NCBI GenBank assembly: GCA_964057225.1
Contig: OZ059896.1
Location: 13,640,001-13,704,000, forward strand
From: Auanema rhodensis
Lineage: Eukaryota > Animalia > Nematoda
Direction: 5' to 3'
DNA: 64,000 nt
Shown here: piece by piece, positions 1 through 8,742 of the stretch
How the letters are laid out: every line of letters starts with the position of its first letter
How positions within the stretch are numbered: position 1 is the first letter of the stretch
The notes under the pieces: generated by a model
Told to the model about the DNA's origin: nothing
Seen by the model: only the letters and a program-made list of their open reading frames with translations
Databases searched by the model: none
Program-made: the position numbers and the translations under genes

Positions 1-3000
1 CGGTCACATCGTGAGCACAGCCTGAACTTTTTTGTGAACAATCTTGTGGGTGTGCTTGGTATAAACCGTTTTTCCGGAAAATGGAGAGGTCCAAGCTAAA
101 TCTGAGTCGGATATTCAGATTCTTCATGTTTCATTACCCAAGTTCAGAATGTTTTTGTTTGAAAACATTTCATGATCGAAGAGAAAAACGGGGAATCACC
201 GGTCACATCGTGAGCACAGCCTGAACCTTTTTGTGAACAATCTTGTGGGTGTGCTTGGTATAAACCGTTTTTCCGGAAAACGGAGAGGTCTAAGCCTTTT
301 CTAAGTCGGATATTCAGATTCTTCATGTTTCATTACCCAAGTTCGGAATGTTTTTGTTCGAAAACATTTCATGATCGAAGAGTAAAACGGGGAATCACCG
401 GTCACATCGTGAACACAGCCTGAACCTTTTTGTGAACAATCTTGTGGGTGTGCTTGGTATAAACCGTTTTTCCGGAAAATGGAGAGGTCTAAGCCTTTTC
501 TAAGTCGGATATTCAGATTCTTCATGTTTCATTACCCAAGTTCAGAATGTTTTTGTTTGAAAACATTCCATGATCGAAGAGAAAAAAGGGGAATCACCGG
601 TCACATCGTGAGCACAGCCTGAACTTTTTTGTGAACAATCTTGTGGGTGTGCTTGGTATAAACCGTTTTTCCGGAAAATGGAGAGGTCTAAGCCTTTTCT
701 AAGTCGGATATTCAGATTCTTCATGTTTCATTACCCAAGTTCGGAATGTTTTTGTTTGAAAACATTTCATGATCGAAGAGAAAAACGGGGAATCACCGGT
801 CACATCGTGAACACAGCCTGAACCTTTTTGTGAACAATCTTGTGGGTGTGCTTGGTATAAACCGTTTTTCCGGAAAATGGAGAGGTCTAAGCCTTTTCTA
901 AGTCGGATATTCAGATTCTTCATGTTTCATTACCCAAGTTCAGAATGTTTTTGTTTGAAAACATTCCATGATCGAAGAGAAAAAAGGGGAATCACCGGTC
1001 ACATCGTGAGCACAGCCTGAACTTTTTTGTGAACAATCTTGTGGGTGTGCTTGGTATAAACCGTTTTTCCGGAAAATGGAGAGGTCTAAACCTTTTCTAA
1101 GTCGGATATTCTGATTCTTCATGTTTCATTACCCAAGTTCGGAATGTTTTTGTTTGAAAACATTTCATGATCGAAGAGAAAAACGGGGAATCACCGGTCA
1201 CATCGTGAACACAGCCTGAACCTTTTTGTGAACAATCTTGTGGGTGTGCTTGGTATAAACCGTTTTTCCGGAAAATGGAGAGGTCTAAGCCTTTTCTAAG
1301 TCGGATATTCAGATTCTTCATGTTTCATTACCCAAGTTCAGAATGTTTTTGTTCGAAAACATTCCATGATCGAAGAGAAAAAAGGGGAATCACCGGTCAC
1401 ATCGTGAGCACAGCCTGAACTTTTTTGTGAACAATCTTGTGGGTGTGCTTGGTATAAACCATTTTTCCGGAAAATGGAGAGGTCTAAGCCTTTTCTAAGT
1501 CTGATATTCAGATTCTTCATGTTTCATTACTCAAGTTCAGAATGTTTTTGTTTGAAAACATTCCATGATCGAAGAGAAAAAAGGGGAATCACCGGTCGCA
1601 TCGTGAACACAGCCTGAACTTTTTTGTGAACAATCTTGTGGGTGTGCCTGGTATAAACCCTTTTTCCGGAAAATGGAGAGGTCTAAGCCTTTTCTAAGTC
1701 GGATATTCAGATTCTTCATGTTTCATTACCCAAGTTCAGAATGTTTTTGTTTGAAAACATTTCATGATCGAAGAGAAAAACGGGGAATCACCGGTCACAT
1801 CATGAGCACAGCCTGAACTTTTTTGTGAACAATCTTGTGGGTGTGCTTGGTATAAACCGTTTTTCCGGAAAATGGAGAGGTCTAAGCCTTTTCTAAGTCG
1901 GATATTCAGATTCTTCATGTTTCATTACCGAAGTACAGAATGTTTTTGTTTGAAAACATTCCATGATCGAAGAGAAAAACGGGGAATCACCGGTCACATC
2001 GTGAGCACAGCCTGAACTTTTTTGTGAACAATCTTGTGGGTGTGCTTGGTATAAACCGTTTTTCCGGAAAATGGAGAGGTCCAAGCTAAATCTGAGTCGG
2101 ATATTCAGATTCTTCATGTTTCATTACCCAAGTTCGGAATGTTTTTGTTTGAAAACATTTCATGATCGAAGAGAAAAACGGGGAATCACCGGTCACATCG
2201 TGAGCACAGCCTGAACTTTTTTGTGAACAATCTTGTGGGTGTGCCTGGTATAAACCGTTTTTCCGGAAAATGGAGAGGTCCAAGCTAAATCTGAGTTGGA
2301 TATTCAGATTCTTCATGTTTCAATACCCAAGTTCAGAATGTTTTTGTTTGAAAATATTCCATGATCGAAGAGAAAAACGGGGAATCACCGGTCACATCGT
2401 GAGCACAGCCTGAACTTTTTTGTGAACAATCTTGTGGGTGTGCTTGGTATAAACCGTTTTTCCGGAAAATGGAGAGGTCCAAGCTAAATCTGAGTTGGAT
2501 ATTCAGATTCTTCATGTTTCAATACCCAAGTTCAGAATGTTTTTGTTTGAAAACATTCCATGATCGAAGAGAAAAACGGGGAATCACCGGTCACATCGTG
2601 AGCACAGCCTGAACTTTTTTGTGAACAATCTTGTGGGTGTGCTTGGTATAAACCGTTTTTCCGGAAAATGGAGAGGTCTAAGGCTTTTCTAAGTCGGATA
2701 TTCAGATTCTTCATGTTTCATTACCCAAGTTCAGAATGTTTTTGTTTGAAAACATTCCATGATCGAAGAGAAAAACGGGGAATCACCGGTAACATCGTGA
2801 GCACAGCCTGAACTTTTTTGTGAACAATCTTGTGGGTGTGCCTGGTATAAACCTTTTTCCGGAAAATGGAGAGGTCCAAGCTAAATCTGAGTTGGATATT
2901 CAGATTCTTCATGTTTCAATACCCAAGTTCAGAATGTTTTTGTTTGAAAACATTCCATGATCGAAGAGAAAAACGGGGAATCACCGGTCACATCGTGAGC

Positions 3001-6000
3001 ACAGCCTGAACTTTTTTGTGAACAATCTTGTGGGTGTGCTTGGTATAAACCGTTTTTCCGGAAAATGGAGAGGTCCAAGCTAAATCTGAGTTGGATATTC
3101 AGATTCTTCATGTTTCAATACCCAAGTTCAGAATGTTTTTGTTTGAAAACATTCCATGATCGAAGAGAAAAACGGGGAATCACCGGTCACATCGTGAGCA
3201 CAGCCTGAACTTTTTTGTGAACAATCTTGTGGGTGTGCTTGGTATAAACCGTTTTTCCGGAAAATGGAGAGGTCCAAGCTAAATCTGAGTTGGATATTCA
3301 GATTCTTCATGTTTCAATACCCAAGTTCAGAATGTTTTTGTTTGAAAGCATTTCATGATCGAAGAGAAAAACGGGGAATCACCGGTCACATCGTGAACAC
3401 AGCCTGAACTTTTTTGTGAACAATCTTGTGGGTGTGCTTGGTGTAAACCGTTTTTCCGGAAAATGGAGAGGTCTAAGCCTTTTCTAAGTCGGATATTCAG
3501 ATTCTTCATGTTTCATTACCCAAGTTCAGAATGTTTTTGTTTGAAAACATTCCATGATCGAAGAGAAAAACGGGGAATCACCGGTCACATCGTGAGCACA
3601 GCCTGAACTTTTTTGTGAACAATCTTGTGGGTGTGCCTGGTATAAACCGTTTTTCCGGAAAATGGAGAGGTCCAAGCTAAATCTGAGTTGGATATTCAGA
3701 TTCTTCATGTTTCAATACCCAAGTTCAGAATGTTTTTGTTTGAAAATATTCCATGATCGAAGAGAAAAACGGGGAATCACCGGTCACATCGTGAGCACAG
3801 CCTGAACTTTTTTGTGAACAATCTTGTGGGTGTGCTTGGTATAAACCGTTTTTCCGGAAAATGGAGAGGTCCAAGCTAAATCTGAGTTGGATATTCAGAT
3901 TCTTCATGTTTCAATACCCAAGTTCAGAATGTTTTTGTTTGAAAACATTCCATGATCGAAGAGAAAAACGGGGAATCACCGGTCACATCGTGAGCACAGC
4001 CTGAACTTTTTTGTGAACAATCTTGTGGGTGTGCTTGGTATAAACCGTTTTTCCGGAAAATGGAGAGGTCTAAGGCTTTTCTAAGTCGGATATTCAGATT
4101 CTTCATGTTTCATTACCCAAGTTCAGAATGTTTTTGTTTGAAAACATTCCATGATCGAAGAGAAAAACGGGGAATCACCGGTAACATCGTGAGCACAGCC
4201 TGAACTTTTTTGTGAACAATCTTGTGGGTGTGCCTGGTATAAACCTTTTTCCGGAAAATGGAGAGGTCCAAGCTAAATCTGAGTTGGATATTCAGATTCT
4301 TCATGTTTCAATACCCAAGTTCAGAATGTTTTTGTTTGAAAACATTCCATGATCGAAGAGAAAAACGGGGAATCACCGGTCACATCGTGAGCACAGCCTG
4401 AACTTTTTTGTGAACAATCTTGTGGGTGTGCTTGGTATAAACCGTTTTTCCGGAAAATGGAGAGGTCCAAGCTAAATCTGAGTTGGATATTCAGATTCTT
4501 CATGTTTCAATACCCAAGTTCAGAATGTTTTTGTTTGAAAACATTCCATGATCGAAGAGAAAAACGGGGAATCACCGGTCACATCGTGAGCACAGCCTGA
4601 ACTTTTTTGTGAACAATCTTGTGGGTGTGCTTGGTATAAACCGTTTTTCCGGAAAATGGAGAGGTCCAAGCTAAATCTGAGTTGGATATTCAGATTCTTC
4701 ATGTTTCAATACCCAAGTTCAGAATGTTTTTGTTTGAAAGCATTTCATGATCGAAGAGAAAAACGGGGAATCACCGGTCACATCGTGAACACAGCCTGAA
4801 CTTTTTTGTGAACAATCTTGTGGGTGTGCTTGGTGTAAACCGTTTTTCCGGAAAATGGAGAGGTCTAAGCCTTTTCTAAGTCGGATATTCAGATTCTTCA
4901 TGTTTCATTACCCAAGTTCAGAATGTTTTTGTTTGAAAACATTCCATGATCGAAGAGAAAAACGGGGAATCACCGGTCACATCGTGAGCACAGCCTGAAC
5001 TTTTTTGTGAACAATCTTGTGGGTGTGCTTGGTATAAACCGTTTTTCCGGAAAATGGAGAGGTCCAAGCCTTTTCTAAGTCTGATATTCAGATTCTTCAT
5101 GTTTCATTACCCAAGTTCAGAATGTTTTTGTTTGAAAATATTCCATGATCGAAGAGAAAAACGGGGAATCACCGGTCACATCGTGAGCACAGCCTGAACT
5201 TTTTTGTGAACAATCTTGTGGGTGTGCTTGGTATAAACCGTTTTTCCGGAAAATGGAGAGGTCCAAGCTAAATCTGAGTTGGATATTCAGATTCTTCATG
5301 TTTCAATACCCAAGTTCAGAAAGTTTTTGTTTGAAAACATTCCATGATCGAAGAGAAAAACGGGGAATCACCGGTCACATCGTGAGCACAGCCTGAACTT
5401 TTTTGTGAACAATCTTGTGGGTGTGCTTGGTATAAACCGTTTTTCCGGAAAATGGAGAGGTCCAAGCTAAATCTGAGTTGGATATTCAGATTCTTCATGT
5501 TTCAATACCCAAGTTCAGAATGTTTTTGTTTGAAAATATTCCATGATCGAAGAGAAAAACGGGGAATCACCGGTCACATCGTGAGCACAGCCTGAACTTT
5601 TTTGTGAACAATCTTGTGGGTGTGCTTGGTATAAACCGTTTTTCCGGAAAATGAAGAGGTCCAAGCTAAATCTGAGTTGGATATTCAGATTCTTCATGTT
5701 TCAATACCCAAGTTCAGAAAGTTTTTGTTTGAAAACATTCCATGATCGAAGAGAAAAACGGGGAATCACCGGTCACATCGTGAGCACAGCCTGAACTTTT
5801 TTGTGAACAATCTTGTGGGTGTGCTTGGTATAAACCGTTTTTCCGGAAAATGGAGAGGTCCAAGCTAAATCTGAGTTGGATATTCAGATTCTTCATGTTT
5901 CAATACCCAAGTTCAGAAAGTTTTTGTTTGAAAACATTCCATGATCGAAGAGAAAAACGGGGAATCACCGGTCACATCGTGAGCACAGCCTGAACTTTTT

Positions 6001-7344
6001 TGTGAACAATCTTGTGGGTGTGCTTGGTATAAACCGTTTTTCCGGAAAATGGAGAGGTCCAAGCTAAATCTGAGTTGGATATTCAGATTCTCCATGTTTC
6101 AATACCCAAGTTCAGAAAGTTTTTGTTTGAAAACATTCCATGATCGAAGAGAAAAACGGGGAATCACCGGTCACATCGTGAGCACAGCCTGAACTTTTTT
6201 GTGAACAATCTTGTGGGTGTGCTTGGTATAAACCGTTTTTTCGGAAAATGGAGAGGTCTAAGCCTTTTCTAAGTCGGATATTCTGATTCTTCATGTTTCA
6301 TTACCCAAGTTCAGAATGTTTTTGTTTGAAAACATTCCATGATCGAAGAGAAAAACGGGGAATCACCGGTCACATCGTGAGCACAGCCTGAACTTTTTTG
6401 TGAACAATCTTGTGGGTGTGCTTGGTATAAACCGTTTTTCCGGAAAATGGAGAGGTCCAAGCTAAATCTGAGTTGGATATTCAGATTCTTCATGTTTCAA
6501 TACCCAAGTTCAGAATGTTTTTGTTTGAAAACATTCCATGATCGAAGAGAAAAACGGGGAATCACCGGTCACATCGTGAGCACAGCCTGAACTTTTTTGT
6601 GAACAATCTTGTGGGTGTGCTTGGTATAAACCGTTTTTCCGGAAAATGGAGAGGTCCAAGCTAAATCTGAGTTGGATATTCAGATTCTTCATGTTTCAAT
6701 ACCCAAGTTCAGAATGTTTTTGTTTGAAAACATTCCATGATCGAAGAGAAAAACGGGGAATCACCGGTCATATCGTGAGCACAGCCTGAACTTTTTTGTG
6801 AACAATCTTGTGGGTGTGCTTGGTATAAACCGTTTTTCCGGAAAATGGAGAGGTCCAAGCTAAATCTGAGTTGGATATTCAGATTCTTCATGTTTCAATA
6901 CCCAAGTTCAGAATGTTTTTGTTTGAAAACATTCCATGATCGAAGAGAAAAACGGGGAATCACCGGTCACATCGTAAGCACAGCCTGAACTTTTTTGTGA
7001 ACAATCTTGTGGGTGTGCTTGGTATAAACCGTTTTTCCGGAAAATGGAGAGGTCCAAGCTAAATCTGAGTTGGATATTCAGATTCTTCATGTTTCAATAC
7101 CCAAGTTCAGAATGTTTTTGTTTGAAAACATTTCATGATCGAGGAGAAAAACGAGGAATCACCGGTCACATCGTGAACACAGCCTGAACTTTTTTGTGAA
7201 CAATCTTGTTGGTGTGCTTGGTATAAACCCTTTTTCCGGAAAATGGAGAGGTCGAAGCCAAGTCGGATATTCAGATTCTTCATGTTTCAATACCCAAGTT
7301 CAGAATATTTTTTTTTCAAAACATTTCATGATCGAGGAGAAAAA
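1..7344. repeat. 199-bp tandem satellite, left part (~37 monomers; continues beyond the window start)
   Basis: Near-identical 199-bp units, matching the 199-bp period of the ORF track. Two main variants: GGTCTAAGCCTTTTCTAAGTCGG and GGTCCAAGCTAAATCTGAGTTGG. Confidence 0.99.
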
Positions 7345-7540
7345 TAGAATTTTTTTACTATAATAAGACGTAAAAATGAGATTATATTTATTCGACTGTT
7401 AGCTATATTGTTTACATTGACCTCACGTTACAAAAAAAAAATTTTTTTTGAATAGGGTAATAAGACCGTGGGAAAGGCGGGCTTTAAGTATTGGCGGGAA
7501 CCGGGTTCTCAAGTCAATTCTATCAGTAAAACACTTCATA
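7345..7540 (-). repeat. DIRS 3' inverted terminal repeat (7,382-7,540) plus unique 3' extension (7,345-7,381)
   Basis: Inverted copy of 11,623-11,781. The extra 37 bp has no counterpart at the other end, like the rE extension of DIRS-1. Confidence 0.93.
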
Positions 7541-7726
7541 ATTTCTAAAAAGTTAAAGGGGATACAAAACGATACTGACAGAGAGATCTTCGGATAGGGA
7601 TGAGCAGGATCTATCTTCGTGGAACTGGGTTCTTCGAGGGGCGTCGGAATCTAAAGAAAAACGTAATCTAGAGAGCGCGAGGAAGGGACTCCGTAGGTGG
7701 AGACCAAGGGGTGGAAGGTGGGACTC

Positions 7727-7804
7727 CAGTCGAATAAATATAATCTCTTTTTTACGTCTTATTATAGTAAAAAAATTCTATTATATTTATTCGACTGTTA
7801 GCTA
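7727..7804 (-). other. DIRS internal complementary region (ICR)
   Basis: 7,727-7,780 is the reverse complement of 7,345-7,398, and 7,781-7,804 is the reverse complement of 11,758-11,781 (one mismatch each). It overlaps the YR stop codon at 7,798-7,800. Confidence 0.93.
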
Positions 7805-8742
7805 GTTAAAGAAAATAAGGAGTCCTGGAAAGAGCGTCTCTTGCAATAGTGTTTGAAGAAGGTGCTTTCCGAGGCCCAGTTAGCTGCGTCTAAAATAGTT
7901 TTGACAGGCAGTCCATTCTCAAAAGCTTTGGACGTAGCGGCAGCACGTACTGAGTGAGCTTTGAATTTTGTGGGGATTCCCGCTTCTTCTAGGCAAGTTC
8001 TAATCCAACCCGCTACCGTAGTTGCGACTACTGGTTCTCCTCTGTTAATGCTAACTAGAAGGTTTCGCGATCGACGAGTATGCATGGTAGCCGACAGGTA
8101 GGCATTTATGCAATCAATGGGGCAGACAAGAGGGCGTTCTGAATGGCTTTCGAAACAAGCTTCGCGGGGAGGGCCCTTGCCCCTATTCTTGTTCCTGAAT
8201 TCGATGAAGAAGGTGACCCCTCGTGTGTCAAAGCGCATGTGGTCGAGTGATAGCACCGATAGTTCCGATGCTCGTTGAGGGGAGCACATAGCTAAGAGGG
8301 TAGCAAGCTTGCGGGTTAGACAGTCTAAGGACAGCGAATCGTTAGGACCTAGACTTTCTAGGTGAGCCAAGACCGTAGAAGGGTCCCAGATATCCATGTA
8401 TCTAGCGTGTGGAGGCTTGGAACGATATATCCCGCGGAGAAGCTTTTTTAACATCGGATCGTCCCGGAGTGGGGGAGTTACGGAATAGTGTTCAGCGAGA
8501 GGGCAGAGAGCCGCCCTTGCTGTAGCAGCTGAGGAAAAACCGTTGTTCTCTGCCCGATGGGCTAAGAAATTGGCAACATTTTTTGCATTGGGGATGAACT
8601 CGATCTGGGATAGCTTGCAATAATTCTCCCAAGCTCTGTAAGCCGTGTTATATTGTTTTCGGGTACCAGGAGCGAAAGCGTTTACCAATAGTAGTTTGGT
8701 CTGGTCCGATATTCCTTCTATGTTGGCGGTGAAATCCTCCAC
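7798..8742 (-). CDS. DIRS tyrosine recombinase (integrase)
   Basis: N-terminal core-binding segment (APGTRKQY..AW..YC) and catalytic residues R (QRASE), H-x-x-R (HSVR), W (ANW) and Y (FFKHY). Overlaps the pol end and has no in-frame ATG at its start. Confidence 0.95.
   Translation of the reverse strand: MEDFTANIEGISDQTKLLLVNAFAPGTRKQYNTAYRAWENYCKLSQIEFIPNAKNVANFLAHRAENNGFSSAATARAALCPLAEHYSVTPPLRDDPMLKKLLRGIYRSKPPHARYMDIWDPSTVLAHLESLGPNDSLSLDCLTRKLATLLAMCSPQRASELSVLSLDHMRFDTRGVTFFIEFRNKNRGKGPPREACFESHSERPLVCPIDCINAYLSATMHTRRSRNLLVSINRGEPVVATTVAGWIRTCLEEAGIPTKFKAHSVRAAATSKAFENGLPVKTILDAANWASESTFFKHYCKRRSFQDSLFSLTS

Noticed and set aside
128-240. Canonical functional SL1 RNA gene array
   Set aside because: The leader ends are altered and there is no GT splice donor after it. 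Kept only as an SL1-like/derived finding.
7340-7350. Target-site duplication / LTR retrotransposon interpretation
   Set aside because: The terminal repeats are inverted, no DDE integrase is present, and the flanks rejoin without duplication.
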